Assembly: GCA_000381625.1 (NCBI GenBank) | Contig: KB906767.1 | Location: 659,071-723,070 of the forward strand | Direction: 5' to 3' | DNA from: Bryobacterales bacterium KBS 96 | GTDB taxonomy: Bacteria; Acidobacteriota; Terriglobia; Bryobacterales; Bryobacteraceae | DNA: 64,000 nt | Shown: positions 19,380-31,577 of the stretch, one piece after another | How positions within the stretch are numbered: position 1 is the stretch's first letter | Layout: every line of letters starts with the position of its first letter | Translations under genes and position numbers: made by a program | The notes under the pieces: model-generated | Seen by the model: the letters and a program-made list of their open reading frames with translations, nothing else | The model's database searches: none | Told to the model about the DNA's origin: nothing

Positions 19380-22300
19380 TCAGGCCGCCTCGGCGCCTTC
19401 CGCAGCCGTGAAATACGCGCAGTCCGGGTGATGAAACACAAGCCCGCTGACGCTCGCTTCAGGCTCCATCATGAAGCCATCCGTAAGTTGCACGCCAATT
19501 TCATCGGGGTTGAGTAATTTCCAAAGCTTCGCCTGGTCCTCCAGGTTGGGGCAAGCGGGATAACCAAAGCTGTAGCGCTTACCGCGAAAGCGCGACGTGA
19601 AGCGCTCCTGCATGGTCATGGTGGGAGAATCCGGGAAGCCCCAGTCTTCACGAATGCGGCGGTGCAGCCATTCAGCGCAAGCCTCAGCCGTTTCGATAGC
19701 CAATGCTTGTATGGCGTGCGCCTTAAAGAACTCGCCAGCCTCCTTGGCTTTTCCCGAGTGCTCGTATACGCCTTCGCCGGCTGTTACGACGAACATTGCA
19801 ATGTGATCGCGGTGCCCATTTTCAGGATCGAGAACGTAATCGCTCAGGCACAAGCCATCCGATTTCGCCTGGCGGCCGAACTGGAGGGTCTCGATCGGGT
19901 TTTCCTCTCCTGGTGTAAACAGGTGGACTGCGTTGCGGTCCCGCTCCGCCTCGAAGAATTGCCAGACGGCGCGGATCTTCATCCAGGCCGCGACCTCGCG
20001 CTTCACGTCTTCCATGGAGTGGAAAAGCTCAAGGGCCTTCGTATCCCGCTCGATCAGCAGCTTTTCGAAATTGCCTTTGAAGCCGAGGTGCCTGCCATAG
20101 AGCATGTACGGATTGATATAGCTCCACACCTCCGTCAGATGGGGCACGGACCGCACGCGGCGGTCGAGATAAGGCGCCGGCGGAACGGGTATATCCGGGC
20201 GGACCTTGGGGCTCCGCTGGTCTCCTGGAGGAACCGTTACGGGCTCCGGCGCGGCAACCGCCGGCGGCGTGTCGTGAAAGATGTGCTGCGACAGCACTTT
20301 CCGGCGAAGTTCCGGGTCCATGATCTCGTTCATCAGGCGGAGACCGGTCATGGCGTCTTTCGCGTAAAACGTCGGAGATGAGTAACTCGGACCAATCTTC
20401 GTCTTGGTAAATTTTTCGGAAAGCGCCGCGCCGCCTACGAGTAACGGAACCTCAATACCCGCATCGTGCAAATCGCCGGCCGTCACTACCATCTGCTGCG
20501 CGCTCTTCACAAGCAAGCCGGATAATCCGATGGCGTCGGGCTTGTGCCGCTGGAACGCTTTAATCAATTCATCCGGGGGCACTTTGATGCCCAGGTTGAC
20601 GACTTCATAACCGTTGTTGGCGAGAATGATCTCGACCAGATTCTTGCCTATATCGTGGACATCGCCCTTTACTGTCGCGAGCACGATTTTGCCGCGGGCG
20701 GACGATTCCGATTTCTCCATGAACTGCTCAAGGTGGTTGACGGCCGCCTTCATCGCTTCAGCGGACTGCAATACCTCCGCGACAATCAGTTCATTGTTAT
20801 TGAAGAGGCGTCCCACTTCGGCCATCCCGGCCATGAGCGGGCCGTTGATGATATCCAGCGGCGACACGCCCTCGGCGCGCTTGCGTTCGAGATCTTCAAC
20901 AAGGCCGTCCTTCGTCCCCTCGATGATGTAATTGCCAAGGCGCGCGTCCAGCGGCAGGTCCGCCGCCTTTGCTTTTTGCCGCTTTTCAGCTCCCCGGAAA
21001 TGATCCGAGACCGCCCCAATATGGAACTGATTGACGGCGATCTTCTGTTCACGGCTCTGCTGCCGCCAGTCTTCGGGAACGGCCTCGAGCAGCGCAGCAT
21101 CGCGATGATCGGCCGGAATATCCACTGGTGGCGCGTTGAACAGTAAGCCTTCGGTCAGCCGCCGCTCTTCTTCGGGGATGGAAGCAAACCGTTCGAGCTT
21201 TTCGGCATTAACGATCGCCAGGTCAAGCCCGGCCTTAGTGCAGTAATAAAGAAAAACCGAGTTGACAACTTCGCGGGCCGCTGCCGGCAACCCGAACGAG
21301 ATGTTCGAAATGCCGAGCACGGTTTTAATGTGTGGGATTTTTTCCTTGATGGCGCGAATCGCCTCGATTGTTTCGACCGCGGCGCCAATGTAGTTCTCGT
21401 CGCCCGTTGCGCAAGGAAATACGAGCGGATCGATAATGATGTCTTCCGGCTCTATTCCGTATTTATTCGTGAGGATATCGACTGATCGCTGAGCGACCGC
21501 AAGCTTTCGTTCTCGCGTGAACGCCTGCGCCTGCACTGGATCTTCGTCGATACAGCCCACCACCAAGGCAGCGCCATATGCTTTCGCGAGCGGGCAGATT
21601 TTCTCAAACTTCTCTTCGCCGTCTTCGAGATTCACCGAGTTGATAATGCTCTTGCCTTGACAATAAGTGAGCGACAGCTCGATCGAGCGCGCATCGGTAG
21701 TGTCGATCATCACCGGCGCTTTAATCTTGCGAATCAGCTTCTCGTAGAACGGCGGAATGTCTTCCAACTCATCGCGATCGCTCGACTGCAAACAGACGTC
21801 GATGACGTGCGCGCCATTACGAATCTGCCAGCGGGCTATTTCGGTCGCCTCTTCCCACTTCTCTTCGGCAATCATCTTCTTAAAGAGCCGCGAGCCGATC
21901 ACATTAGTGCGCTCCCCAACAATGAGCGGGCGATTGCTGTCTTCCGCTTCGACAAGATCGATGCCGGTAACGTAGGTGCGGTGCGAAGATTCCTTCGGCG
22001 CGCGAGGAATCTTGTGCTCAACCATCTGTGCGATGGCCTGAATGTGCGCGGGCGTAGTGCCGCAGCAGCCGCCAACGAAATTCAACCAGCCGTGATCGAC
22101 AAACTTTTCAAGCTGGGCCGCGAGACTGGTTGGAGTTTCGGCGTACTTTCCTTCCTCGTCTGGCAAGCCGGCGTTTGGGTAGCAGGAGACGCGTGTCGTT
22201 GCGAGTTCATGAATCGACCGGATATGGTCGGTCATAAACTCTGGACCGGTTGCGCAATTCAAGCCGACGGAAAGCAAGTCCGCGTGCGAAATGGAGGCAT

Positions 22301-22949
22301 AAAAAGCGTCGGCGGTCTGCCCCGCGAGCATCGTACCCATCGGCTCGATGGTCCCTGACACCATCACTGGTACGGCATAGCCGAGTTCTTTGCCGAGGCG
22401 GTGGATGGCAAGGAGGCCGGCTTTGACATTCCGTGTGTCCTGGCACGTTTCGAGCAGCAGAATATCGGCGCCACCCTCTATGAGGCCCTTAGCCTGCAAG
22501 AAGTAGTTGTCGATCAGAGCCGGAAAAGTAACCCCGCCAGTAACGGTGATGGCTTTGGTCGTCGGCCCCATCGACCCGGCGACGAATCGTAGCCGGCCGG
22601 GCTTGGAATACTCCGCGGCGGCCTCACGCGCCAGCTTCGCGGCTCCAAAGTTAAGCTCGTACGATCGATCCGCGAGATCGTACTCGGCAAGCACGAGACG
22701 GGTGCTGCCGAAGCTATTCGTCTCGACGATATCGGCTCCAGCAGCATAATATGCGCGATGAACGTCGCGGATAACATCCGGGCGCGTTACCACAAGATTC
22801 TCGTTGCAGCCCTCAAGCGAAGGACCGCCAAAATCGTCCGCCGTGAGGTTGCGCTGCTGCAGCATCGTTCCCATTGCCCCGTCGAGGACCAACACACGTG
22901 TCTGGAGCGCGTCGAGGAGAGCCTGCCGGCGTATCTGCTGATTTTCCAT
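19380..22949 (-). CDS. metH: Cobalamin-dependent methionine synthase
   Basis: 1189 aa with Hcy-binding, pterin-binding, B12-binding (DVHDIGKN) and AdoMet-activation domains. Confidence 0.9.
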   Translation of the reverse strand: MENQQIRRQALLDALQTRVLVLDGAMGTMLQQRNLTADDFGGPSLEGCNENLVVTRPDVIRDVHRAYYAAGADIVETNSFGSTRLVLAEYDLADRSYELNFGAAKLAREAAAEYSKPGRLRFVAGSMGPTTKAITVTGGVTFPALIDNYFLQAKGLIEGGADILLLETCQDTRNVKAGLLAIHRLGKELGYAVPVMVSGTIEPMGTMLAGQTADAFYASISHADLLSVGLNCATGPEFMTDHIRSIHELATTRVSCYPNAGLPDEEGKYAETPTSLAAQLEKFVDHGWLNFVGGCCGTTPAHIQAIAQMVEHKIPRAPKESSHRTYVTGIDLVEAEDSNRPLIVGERTNVIGSRLFKKMIAEEKWEEATEIARWQIRNGAHVIDVCLQSSDRDELEDIPPFYEKLIRKIKAPVMIDTTDARSIELSLTYCQGKSIINSVNLEDGEEKFEKICPLAKAYGAALVVGCIDEDPVQAQAFTRERKLAVAQRSVDILTNKYGIEPEDIIIDPLVFPCATGDENYIGAAVETIEAIRAIKEKIPHIKTVLGISNISFGLPAAAREVVNSVFLYYCTKAGLDLAIVNAEKLERFASIPEEERRLTEGLLFNAPPVDIPADHRDAALLEAVPEDWRQQSREQKIAVNQFHIGAVSDHFRGAEKRQKAKAADLPLDARLGNYIIEGTKDGLVEDLERKRAEGVSPLDIINGPLMAGMAEVGRLFNNNELIVAEVLQSAEAMKAAVNHLEQFMEKSESSARGKIVLATVKGDVHDIGKNLVEIILANNGYEVVNLGIKVPPDELIKAFQRHKPDAIGLSGLLVKSAQQMVVTAGDLHDAGIEVPLLVGGAALSEKFTKTKIGPSYSSPTFYAKDAMTGLRLMNEIMDPELRRKVLSQHIFHDTPPAVAAPEPVTVPPGDQRSPKVRPDIPVPPAPYLDRRVRSVPHLTEVWSYINPYMLYGRHLGFKGNFEKLLIERDTKALELFHSMEDVKREVAAWMKIRAVWQFFEAERDRNAVHLFTPGEENPIETLQFGRQAKSDGLCLSDYVLDPENGHRDHIAMFVVTAGEGVYEHSGKAKEAGEFFKAHAIQALAIETAEACAEWLHRRIREDWGFPDSPTMTMQERFTSRFRGKRYSFGYPACPNLEDQAKLWKLLNPDEIGVQLTDGFMMEPEASVSGLVFHHPDCAYFTAAEGAEAA

Positions 22950-23091
22950 GAGGATGGACCAAAATTCTATTTTATCGGGCGGGCGTTGCTTTCGCCAGGA
23001 AACGGCAGGGAACGGGCGCAGCGCGGCGCCAAGCGGTGCTGGAGGACTGCTTATAGCATCCCGATCGGAAAGCGGGCCGGGGGCCTCTTTT

Positions 23092-24546
23092 TTACTCCAG
23101 CCGGTAGTTCGGCGCTTCCTTTGTGATGATTACGTCGTGGACGTGGCCTTCGCGCAGGCCCGCCGGCGAGACGCGGAGAAAGCTGGCCTTCTGCTGAAGC
23201 TCAGCAATTGTCCGGCAGCCACAATAGCCCATGCCTGCTCGCAGACCACCAACAAGCTGGTAAATCATATCCGACATCGGGCCCTTGTACGGCACGCGGC
23301 CTTCGATCCCTTCGGGCACCAGTTTTCCGCTGGCCTCCTGCGCGTAGCGGTCGGAGCTGCCTTGGGACATGGCGCCCATCGAGCCCATGCCGCGATAGCT
23401 CTTGAACGTGCGGCCCTGGTAAAGGATGGTCTCGCCCGGACTTTCATCCGTCCCCGCGAAAAGGCTGCCAATCATGACGGAGTCGGCGCCCGCCGCGATC
23501 GCTTTGGTGATATCGCCCGAAAATTTGACGCCGCCGTCTGAGATGAGCGGAACGCCCGCATCCCGCGTCGCGCGAGAGCAATCGGCGATCGCTGTAATTT
23601 GGGGGACGCCCGCGCCGCTCACAACTCGTGTCGTACAGATCGACCCGGGACCGATGCCAACCTTTACGCCGTCCACGCCAAGGGCGATCAGATCCCTGGC
23701 GCCCTCATACGATGCAACGTTGCCGGCGATGATCTGGACCTCGGGCAGCGCATGTTTCAAAGTTCGCACCGTATCCATGACACGCTGGCTGTGTCCATGC
23801 GCGGAGTCCACGGCGACAACGTCCACCTTTTTGCGGACCAGTTCCTGCGCGCGCTCCAGAAAGTCGCCGGAAGAGCCGATCGCCGCGCCCACGCGCAGAC
23901 GGCCTTGCGCATCCTTGGCCGCGTTAGGATATTTCAGCTTTTTCTGGATGTCCTTAACCGTGATCAAGCCTTTGAGGTTGTAATTGTCGTCGACAACCAG
24001 CAGTTTCTCGACGCGGTGCTTGTGCAGGATTTTTTGCGCTTCTTCGAGCGTTGTGCCGACCGGTACGGTGATGAGGTTCTCCTTTGTCATCACTTCAGAG
24101 ATCGGCAGATCGTAGCGCGTTTCGAACCGCAGGTCGCGATTCGTCAGAATGCCGGCCAGCCGCCCGTTCTTTGTCACCGGAACGCCCGAGATACGGTAGC
24201 GCGACATCAGGTCGAGCGCTTCCTGGATCTTGCGCTCCGGCTCGATCGTCACCGGGTCGACAATCATTCCGCTTTCACTGCGCTTCACCCGGTCCACTTC
24301 CTCGGCCTGGCGCTCGATGGTCATGTTCCGGTGAATGATGCCGATGCCGCCTTGCTGGGCCAGGGCAATCGCCAGGTGCGCCTCGGTAACGGTGTCCATG
24401 GCGGCGCTCACGATTGGTATGTGGAGCTCTATATTTCTTGTAAAATGTGTCCGGTTGTCTGCTTCCGCGGGTGTAATTTCGCTGTGAGCAGGCCGGAGCA
24501 GTACGTCGTCAAACGTCAGGCCTTCCTGGATTGCTTCGGGGATCAT
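23092..24546 (-). CDS. guaB: IMP dehydrogenase
   Basis: CBS pair plus the [11 protein letters not shown] catalytic loop; start at the ATG at 24546 (MIPEAIQEG). Confidence 0.9.
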   Translation of the reverse strand: MIPEAIQEGLTFDDVLLRPAHSEITPAEADNRTHFTRNIELHIPIVSAAMDTVTEAHLAIALAQQGGIGIIHRNMTIERQAEEVDRVKRSESGMIVDPVTIEPERKIQEALDLMSRYRISGVPVTKNGRLAGILTNRDLRFETRYDLPISEVMTKENLITVPVGTTLEEAQKILHKHRVEKLLVVDDNYNLKGLITVKDIQKKLKYPNAAKDAQGRLRVGAAIGSSGDFLERAQELVRKKVDVVAVDSAHGHSQRVMDTVRTLKHALPEVQIIAGNVASYEGARDLIALGVDGVKVGIGPGSICTTRVVSGAGVPQITAIADCSRATRDAGVPLISDGGVKFSGDITKAIAAGADSVMIGSLFAGTDESPGETILYQGRTFKSYRGMGSMGAMSQGSSDRYAQEASGKLVPEGIEGRVPYKGPMSDMIYQLVGGLRAGMGYCGCRTIAELQQKASFLRVSPAGLREGHVHDVIITKEAPNYRLE

Positions 24547-24748
24547 GGGAGGGAGCTTCCATGATAACAAGCGGCGGAGACAAGCCTTTGTTTATCCGCA
24601 GTTTGCAGGCAGGGCAGTTGAGGACCGTCGAAGCTATACTAGAAGCGCGACGTCAGGATTCTTTAAGCCGCATCGAGCGATGCTTTCGGCGGCGAGACAG
24701 GTTTCCAGGCGGCTAATGTCGATCACGCGAAAACATGCAAGGTGAACC

Positions 24749-26761
24749 GTGCAGCAGATAGGCCGCTACCAGATTGTGGAGGAGCTCGGCCGCGGCGCCA
24801 TGGGCGTCGTCTACCGCGCTCTCGATCCCACAATTGGACGCACGATCGCAATCAAAAGCATTCGCTTGAGCGACGTCAGCGACAACTCCGAGCGGCAGCG
24901 CCTGCGCGACCGCCTTATCCGGGAGGCGCAATCGGCCGGCAGGTTGTCGCACCGCAACATCGTCACCATCTACGACGTTCTGGAGCAGGACGGCGTGGCG
25001 CACGTTTTCATGGAATTCGTGAATGGGCCGTCTCTGGAGAAGATGATGGCCGGCTACACGCTGCCCGACAAGGTGGCGCTACTGCATTTCATACGGGAAA
25101 TCGCAAGCGGTTTGGATTACGCGCATCGGAAGGGTATTGTTCACCGCGACATCAAACCCGGCAATCTGATGCTGCACTTCGATTCATCGTCGGCCGAACG
25201 CATCGCGAAGATCACCGATTTCGGCGTGGCAAAATTCGTTTCGCAGCAGATGACGCAAGCCGGCGTCATGATGGGAACGCCGAACTACATGGCTCCGGAA
25301 CAGATCCTCGGAGCCGAAGTGAGCGGCAAGACGGACCAGTTTGCGCTGGCGGTGGTCACGTATGAAATTCTGACAGGCTCGAAAGCTTTCGTCGCCGATT
25401 ATCTTCCAACACTTTTTTTGCGCATCGTGCGAGAGGAGCCAGCGGCTGCGGCATCACTGAATTCCACTCTGAATGAGGCGATCGGCGACGTACTCCTGAA
25501 GGCCCTTGCAAAGGAACCGAAAGACCGGTTCCCGAGCTGCGTTGAATTTGCGGATGCCCTGGCGGAGGCCTGCGCCGCACACCCGGATTGGGTTCCGGCT
25601 GCGCGGGATGGGGCGGGCATGGCTAACACCAGCGGCTTGCCGACTTCGGATTCGGAGGAATCGGGCCCGATCGTTGCCGCTATGCAGGGTGAATACACGG
25701 CGCCGCAAACGCTGGAGATGCACGAGCCTGGCCGAATGAACGGGTCGCCGGAGCCGCCTCCCAGCGAGTCTGCAACACGGGTGCTTGAGCCGTCTGCTCG
25801 CCCTTTGGTCTGGCCGGCCGCCCGGCCCGTCGAGCACCCGCAAGAGCAATCGACGCCTCCGCACGGCAACCCCTCAGTGGCCCCGCCGGATTTGGAAAAA
25901 ACCGAAGAGTTTCCATTCCGATCGGCATGGGAAATTCCGGCCGCGAGGACGGCGGCGCACCGTCCCTACGATCTGCCGCCACTCCGGCGGCGGATCGACG
26001 ACGAGGACGAAGATTCCGCCGGATTGCCCTTGTGGCGTAAGGTGACGATTGCCGTAATTCTCGGCGCCATGGTCGCGGTAGGCATCATGGTGTACCGCGG
26101 CTGGTCCCTGCCGAACTTCTCCGGAAGCACATCGACGCAGCAGCCCGGCACAGCCACGTCCTCCCCACCGGCATCGCCAGCGGCGAATCCGGCGGCAACT
26201 GGCGCAAACGCAGCGCCCCGGGGAAAGAACACCGCGCAAAATCCTCCGCCGCCGAAAACCGGAGAGCAGGCGAGCGTTCCCCCAAGTTCCGCAAACACAG
26301 AAGCCACAAACGCGCCGGCGCCGGAGCACCGAAACTATGGCAGCCGCGCCACTGTGAAATTCGAGAGCAGCCCGCCACACGTACACATCGTCGTAGACTC
26401 GGACGACTCGACGTCGTGCACCAGCCCTTGCGCGCTGGAGCTACCCGGCGGCCGCCACACATACACGGCGGTTGCCCCTGGCTATGGTCTGGCCCAGCGA
26501 ATCATCCAGGTGCCCGACGATCGCGATCAATTCGTTTACCTGACGCAGAACGTGGGTTTCGTCGATATTTCTTCGGAGCCGAATGGATCGACTCTGTACG
26601 TCGATGGACGCCTCGAAGGGCAGACGCCTACCACGCTTCGCCTGAACGCTGGCGAACATCATGTGCGAATCGTGAGAGCGGGCCGGTCCCAGGAACAAAC
26701 CATCAGTGTGACCAGCGACAGCCTGCAGCAATTCAAGTTTCGCTGGAGCGATCGGAAGTAG
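24749..26761 (+). CDS. Ser/Thr protein kinase with TM helix and C-terminal PEGA domains
   Basis: Hanks kinase motifs (GAMGVVY, HRDIKPGN, DFG), a Pro-rich linker, a TM helix and two PEGA-like repeats; GTG start. Confidence 0.8.
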   Translation: MQQIGRYQIVEELGRGAMGVVYRALDPTIGRTIAIKSIRLSDVSDNSERQRLRDRLIREAQSAGRLSHRNIVTIYDVLEQDGVAHVFMEFVNGPSLEKMMAGYTLPDKVALLHFIREIASGLDYAHRKGIVHRDIKPGNLMLHFDSSSAERIAKITDFGVAKFVSQQMTQAGVMMGTPNYMAPEQILGAEVSGKTDQFALAVVTYEILTGSKAFVADYLPTLFLRIVREEPAAAASLNSTLNEAIGDVLLKALAKEPKDRFPSCVEFADALAEACAAHPDWVPAARDGAGMANTSGLPTSDSEESGPIVAAMQGEYTAPQTLEMHEPGRMNGSPEPPPSESATRVLEPSARPLVWPAARPVEHPQEQSTPPHGNPSVAPPDLEKTEEFPFRSAWEIPAARTAAHRPYDLPPLRRRIDDEDEDSAGLPLWRKVTIAVILGAMVAVGIMVYRGWSLPNFSGSTSTQQPGTATSSPPASPAANPAATGANAAPRGKNTAQNPPPPKTGEQASVPPSSANTEATNAPAPEHRNYGSRATVKFESSPPHVHIVVDSDDSTSCTSPCALELPGGRHTYTAVAPGYGLAQRIIQVPDDRDQFVYLTQNVGFVDISSEPNGSTLYVDGRLEGQTPTTLRLNAGEHHVRIVRAGRSQEQTISVTSDSLQQFKFRWSDRK

Positions 26762-26801
26762 ACGATAGAACCGCTATTGAAGCTGGTCCGAGGCCGCTAA
26801 T

Positions 26802-28910
26802 CTAATAGCTCAGCAGACGCTCGCCCTGACGAATCAAATCGTCCACTTGCGGCAGGATCTCGTTCTCGAGTTGAGGATTATAGGCGACCCAGGTATCGAG
26901 CGCGGCCACGCGCCCGATAGGCGCGTCCAAGCGTTCGAACATCTCATCGGCGATGCGCGCGGCGATCTCGGCGCCATAGCCCCAGGAAAGAGTATCTTCA
27001 TGGGCAATGATGACCCGGCTCGTCTTTTTCACGGAGTTGCCGATGGCTTCCCAATCGTAGGGAGCGAGACTGCGCAGGTCGATCACCTCCACCGTTCGGT
27101 CAGGGAATAGCCGCTCCAGATGGAGCGCAGCATGTAAAGACTTCTGCACTAGCGCACCATACGTGACGATTGTGAGATTCTGGCCGGGCTTTACGATTTT
27201 CGCCTTGCCGAACGGAATTGTGAAATCGGGGCCGGGGTGCGGCGACCGGTTGTACGGCTCGCGATATAGGCGCTTGTGCTCGAGAAAAAGAACGGGGTCG
27301 TCGCAGCGAATGGCCGTGCGAAGCAACCCGCAGGCGTCGAGCGCGTTGGAGGGGAAAATGACCCGCAGCCCCGGGATGTGCGTGAACGTAACCTCGCCGC
27401 ACTGGCTGTGATAAATGGAGCCGCCATTCAAGTACCCGCCAATCGCCACTCGGATAACCATGGGGGACGAGAACGTGTTGTTCGATCGCCAGCGAATAGT
27501 TGCCAGCTCATCGCGGATCTGCATCATCGCCGGCCAAATGTAATCGAAGAACTGAATTTCCGGGACCGGTTTCAAGCCACGGGTAGCCATTCCAATCGCC
27601 CGGCCGATGATGGACGCTTCGGCAATGGGTGTATTGAAACAACGGGCGCTGCCGAATTCCGTTTGTAGCCCGGCCGTCGCCTTGAAGACGCCGCCTTTTC
27701 CTTTTACCTGAAGAAGATTTTCCTCGCGGCTGCAGTCCGCGACGTCCTCGCCAAAAACGATGACGCACTCGTCCCGCCGCATCTCTTCGGCCAGCGTCCG
27801 GTTGATGGCATCCACCATCGTGCGCGGCTCGCCGGAAAAGCGAGGTTCTGCCTCGAACGCCGATCCGGTCGGGTCAATTTTATCGGAATACAAATGCAGC
27901 AGTGCGGAGCCGGAAGCCGGACCGGGCTCTTTCAGTGCCGCCTCGGTGACGTCGGCGACCTCCCGGTCGACATCCCGCATGATCTGTTCAATCGCGGCAC
28001 GATCGAGAATGCCCCTGCGGATCAGAAACTTGGGATACGTGACTAGCGGGTCGCGGGCCGCTTCGGCGTCGCGCTCCGCGGGCGTCTTATAAAGTCTTTC
28101 ATCGTCGGATAAGGAATGCGAATACGGCCGGATAACGGAGGCATGCACAAGCGCCGGACCATGCCCGCGGCGGACGTAATCGGCGGCCTGGGCCAGCACA
28201 CGGTAAGACGCGACGAAATCCGTTCCATCGACTTCGACGCGGAACAGATTCGGAAAGCCCTCAAGCAGACGTGCGATATTGCCGCCCGCTGTCTGGCGAT
28301 CGACGGGAACGGAAATCGCGTAGCCGTTATCCTGCACCAAAATCAACAGCGGCAGCTTATCGAGGCACGCGCTGTTCATGCACTCCCAGAATTCGCCTTC
28401 GCTGGTCGCGCCTTCGCCGGTGGACACCAGCGTGAGTTCATCAGGCGCGGCGTTGACGTAGCGCTTCGCGAAGGCCGCCCCCATCGCCTGCACAAATTGC
28501 GTGCCAGTCGGCGAAGAACCCGTGAAGATTCGCAACTCCGGCGAGCCCCAGTGCGACGGCATCTGCCGCCCGCCGGAAGCGGGGTCGCGCGCCGCTCCAA
28601 CGGACTGCAGCATCATCGATTCCGGCGTCACTCCCAGCGCGAGCGCCAGCGTCCTGTCGCGGTAATACGGAAAGCACCAATCGCTCCCCGGTCGAAGAAC
28701 CATGCCCGCCGCGGCTTGCGCCGCTTCATGCCCCGCGGCGCTGATTTGAAAATGAATTCTGTTCTGCCGCTTCAGCATGATCTCGCGGTCGTCCAAGCGC
28801 CGCGAGAGATACATGAGCCGGTATGCGTGGATGAGTGCGTCGCGGTCCAGTTCACGGTGAGAACTCTGAACAATGCCAGCCGCGCCCTGCCGGGTTTCGA
28901 GCGGGTTCAT
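26802..28910 (-). CDS. 2-oxoacid dehydrogenase E1 component, fused alpha and beta subunits (TPP-dependent)
   Basis: N-terminal E1-alpha TPP-binding part ([12 protein letters not shown]) and a C-terminal transketolase-like beta part in one 700+ aa ORF. Confidence 0.75.
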   Translation of the reverse strand: MNPLETRQGAAGIVQSSHRELDRDALIHAYRLMYLSRRLDDREIMLKRQNRIHFQISAAGHEAAQAAAGMVLRPGSDWCFPYYRDRTLALALGVTPESMMLQSVGAARDPASGGRQMPSHWGSPELRIFTGSSPTGTQFVQAMGAAFAKRYVNAAPDELTLVSTGEGATSEGEFWECMNSACLDKLPLLILVQDNGYAISVPVDRQTAGGNIARLLEGFPNLFRVEVDGTDFVASYRVLAQAADYVRRGHGPALVHASVIRPYSHSLSDDERLYKTPAERDAEAARDPLVTYPKFLIRRGILDRAAIEQIMRDVDREVADVTEAALKEPGPASGSALLHLYSDKIDPTGSAFEAEPRFSGEPRTMVDAINRTLAEEMRRDECVIVFGEDVADCSREENLLQVKGKGGVFKATAGLQTEFGSARCFNTPIAEASIIGRAIGMATRGLKPVPEIQFFDYIWPAMMQIRDELATIRWRSNNTFSSPMVIRVAIGGYLNGGSIYHSQCGEVTFTHIPGLRVIFPSNALDACGLLRTAIRCDDPVLFLEHKRLYREPYNRSPHPGPDFTIPFGKAKIVKPGQNLTIVTYGALVQKSLHAALHLERLFPDRTVEVIDLRSLAPYDWEAIGNSVKKTSRVIIAHEDTLSWGYGAEIAARIADEMFERLDAPIGRVAALDTWVAYNPQLENEILPQVDDLIRQGERLLSY

Positions 28911-29093
28911 CACCTCGACATTATCACCTGTTGTTCCGTTCCAAACCAAGTCTTTCTACCTCATGTCATCGTTGCGCTTCACCGGAGCCGGCCGGCAAAC
29001 CGGCGACGCAGTACTTTTAAGCATCTTGGCGCGGCTACGAAAGAAAGGAAACAGGGTTATATAGAATCGAAGACGGGAGCAAACATCACGTCC

Positions 29094-30218
29094 ATGTCCA
29101 CTGCAGGCGCGGGTCTAGAAGGCGTAGTCGCCACAACATCAAGCATTTGTTTCATTAATGGCGAGGCTGGCGTCCTGAGCTACCAGGGTTTTAACATCCA
29201 CACACTTGCCGAAAACGCCACTTTTGAAGAGGTTGTCTATCTCCTCTGGCACGGCAAATTGCCCAACGAATCCGAGCTGAAAAGCTTAAAATCGGAACTG
29301 ACGAGCGAGCGTGAGCTGCCCGCTGAAGTAATCGGTTTTCTCAAAAGCGTGCCCAAAGCGACGCCGATGGACGTGCTGCGTACGGCGGTTTCCATGCTCG
29401 GCCTCTTCGATCCGATTGCGGCCGATGGCTCCGACGAGGCGAATCGAACAAAAGCGGTGAAGCTGGTTGCGAAACTACCGGCAATCGTCAGCAATTTCGA
29501 TCGCTTACGCAACGGCAAAGACATCATTGCAGCGGACCCAAATCTGAGCCACGCCGCCAATTTCCTATACACATTGAACGGAAAGCGGCCCGACGACGTG
29601 ATGGAAAAGGTATTTGACGTCGCGCTCATTCTCCACGCGGATCACGAATTGAACGCTTCGACGTTTGCCGCTCGTGTGACGGCGGCAACGCTATCGGATA
29701 TCTATTCAGCCGCGACCTCGGCCATTGGAGCGCTGAAAGGGCCGCTGCACGGCGGTGCGAACGAAGCGGTGGTGCGCATGTTACTAGCTTCGAAAAGTCC
29801 GGAAGAAGCAGTCCAGAAGGCGAAATCGGATTTGGCGAACAAAGTGAAAGTACCAGGCTTCGGCCATCGGGTGTACCGGGTGCTCGATCCGCGCGCCGTT
29901 CATCTTAAGAAATTGAGCGAGGAATTGGGCAAGCGCACGGGTCACGGGGAGTTGTTCGAGAAGTCGGCTCGCGTCGAAAAAGCCGTGAAAGAGTTGAAAA
30001 ACCTGAACGCGAACGTGGATTTCTACTCCGCATCCACGTATTATTCACTCGGTATTCCGGTCGACATTTTCACTCCGGTGTTTGCAGTGAGCCGGATCGC
30101 GGGCTGGACGGCGCATATTCTCGAGCAGTACCGGAACAACCGGCTGATCCGCCCCAGGGCCGACTACACCGGAGCGCCCGACGGCCAAACCTGGATACCG
30201 CTTGAAGCGCGCCGCTGA
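29094..30218 (+). CDS. Citrate synthase (short, about 375-aa type)
   Basis: [11 protein letters not shown] and FGHRVY motifs. The ORF-track 28116 start is an artefactual upstream extension; the ATG at 29094 is in frame. Confidence 0.85.
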   Translation: MSTAGAGLEGVVATTSSICFINGEAGVLSYQGFNIHTLAENATFEEVVYLLWHGKLPNESELKSLKSELTSERELPAEVIGFLKSVPKATPMDVLRTAVSMLGLFDPIAADGSDEANRTKAVKLVAKLPAIVSNFDRLRNGKDIIAADPNLSHAANFLYTLNGKRPDDVMEKVFDVALILHADHELNASTFAARVTAATLSDIYSAATSAIGALKGPLHGGANEAVVRMLLASKSPEEAVQKAKSDLANKVKVPGFGHRVYRVLDPRAVHLKKLSEELGKRTGHGELFEKSARVEKAVKELKNLNANVDFYSASTYYSLGIPVDIFTPVFAVSRIAGWTAHILEQYRNNRLIRPRADYTGAPDGQTWIPLEARR

Positions 30219-31501
30219 TGCACGACCTTACGTTTTTCCGTAACAATCTGGAATCGATGCGGAAGCGGCTGGCCGCGCGCGGGTTCGATTTGGACCTCGA
30301 TGCCTTCCAGGACCTGGATCGCAAGCGCCGGCAGGCGGTAACGGAAGCGGAGATGCTGAAAGCCGAGCGGAACGCCGCGAGCATCGAAATCAGCAAGCTT
30401 CGCAAACAGGGCGCGGATACGACGGATCGCCAGCAGCAGGTGAGGCTGACCGGCGATCGTATCGCCGATCTCGACCAGCAAGTCACGAATCTCGACGACG
30501 AGTTTCGCGATCTGCTGTCGCGCATTCCAAACATCACGGACGCAAGCGTGCCCTTGGGCAGGAGTTCCGACGATAACGTCGAAGTGAAGCGATGGGGAAC
30601 TCCGCGAGAATTCGACTTCAAGCCGAAACCACACTGGGATCTGGGTCCTGAACTGGGCATTCTGGATCTGGAGCGAGCGGCAAAAGTAGCCGGCGCCAGG
30701 TTCGCGGTTTACTGGGGAATGGGCGCACGCCTCGAACGCGCGCTGATCAATCTCATGCTGGACGTGCACACCAACGAGCACGGCTATCAGGAGGTTTTGC
30801 CCCCGTTTTTGATCAATTCCGCAAGCTTGTTCGGAACCGGGCAACTGCCGAAATTCGCCGAGGATCTCTTCCGGTGCGAGGGGCACGATCTATGGCTGGC
30901 GCCCACGGCGGAAGTGCCGGTTACCAACCTGTACCGCAGCGAGACGCTGAACGCTGACCAGTTGCCGATATCGCTTTGCGCCTACACGCCTTGTTTCCGA
31001 AGCGAGGCGGGCTCGTATGGCCGCGATGTACGCGGCATTATTCGCCAGCACCAGTTCCAAAAGGTCGAGCTCGTGAAATTCACGAAGCCGGAACAGAGTT
31101 ACGAGGAACACGAGAAGCTGACGCGCGACGCGGAAGACATTCTGGAGCGCCTTGAACTACCCTACCGCCGCGTGCTGTTGTGCTCAGGCGATACCGGATT
31201 TAGCGCGGCGAAAACGTACGATCTCGAAGTGTGGCTGCCTGGGCAGAACGACTATAAGGAAATTTCCTCGTGCTCGAATTTCGAAGCCTTTCAAGCGCGG
31301 CGGGCACAGATCCGGACGAAGAGCGGCAAAAGCAAATCCGAGTTCGTACACACGTTAAACGGCAGCGGTTTGGCGGCCGGCCGAACGTGGGTAGCGATTC
31401 TGGAAAATTTCCAGCAGTCGGACGGGAGCATTGCCATCCCCAAAGCACTGCAGCCGTATCTCGGCTGCGATCGGATCTTGCCGAACGAAAAACACTACTG
31501 A
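30218..31501 (+). CDS. serS: Seryl-tRNA synthetase
   Basis: N-terminal coiled-coil plus class II core motifs; its start overlaps the citrate synthase stop (TGATG). Confidence 0.9.
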   Translation: MHDLTFFRNNLESMRKRLAARGFDLDLDAFQDLDRKRRQAVTEAEMLKAERNAASIEISKLRKQGADTTDRQQQVRLTGDRIADLDQQVTNLDDEFRDLLSRIPNITDASVPLGRSSDDNVEVKRWGTPREFDFKPKPHWDLGPELGILDLERAAKVAGARFAVYWGMGARLERALINLMLDVHTNEHGYQEVLPPFLINSASLFGTGQLPKFAEDLFRCEGHDLWLAPTAEVPVTNLYRSETLNADQLPISLCAYTPCFRSEAGSYGRDVRGIIRQHQFQKVELVKFTKPEQSYEEHEKLTRDAEDILERLELPYRRVLLCSGDTGFSAAKTYDLEVWLPGQNDYKEISSCSNFEAFQARRAQIRTKSGKSKSEFVHTLNGSGLAAGRTWVAILENFQQSDGSIAIPKALQPYLGCDRILPNEKHY

Positions 31502-31577
31502 CCCGCAGGAAGCCTGTTGCGCATGCAACTTCGGCAACTTTATAACCTAATGGCCGCCGATGGTTTCCCGCTCAGAT

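Noticed and set aside
28116-29093. 326-aa N-terminal extension of the citrate synthase ORF
   Set aside because: It overlaps the opposite-strand E1 gene and is Arg-rich nonsense. The ATG at 29094 is in frame and matches citrate synthase N-termini.
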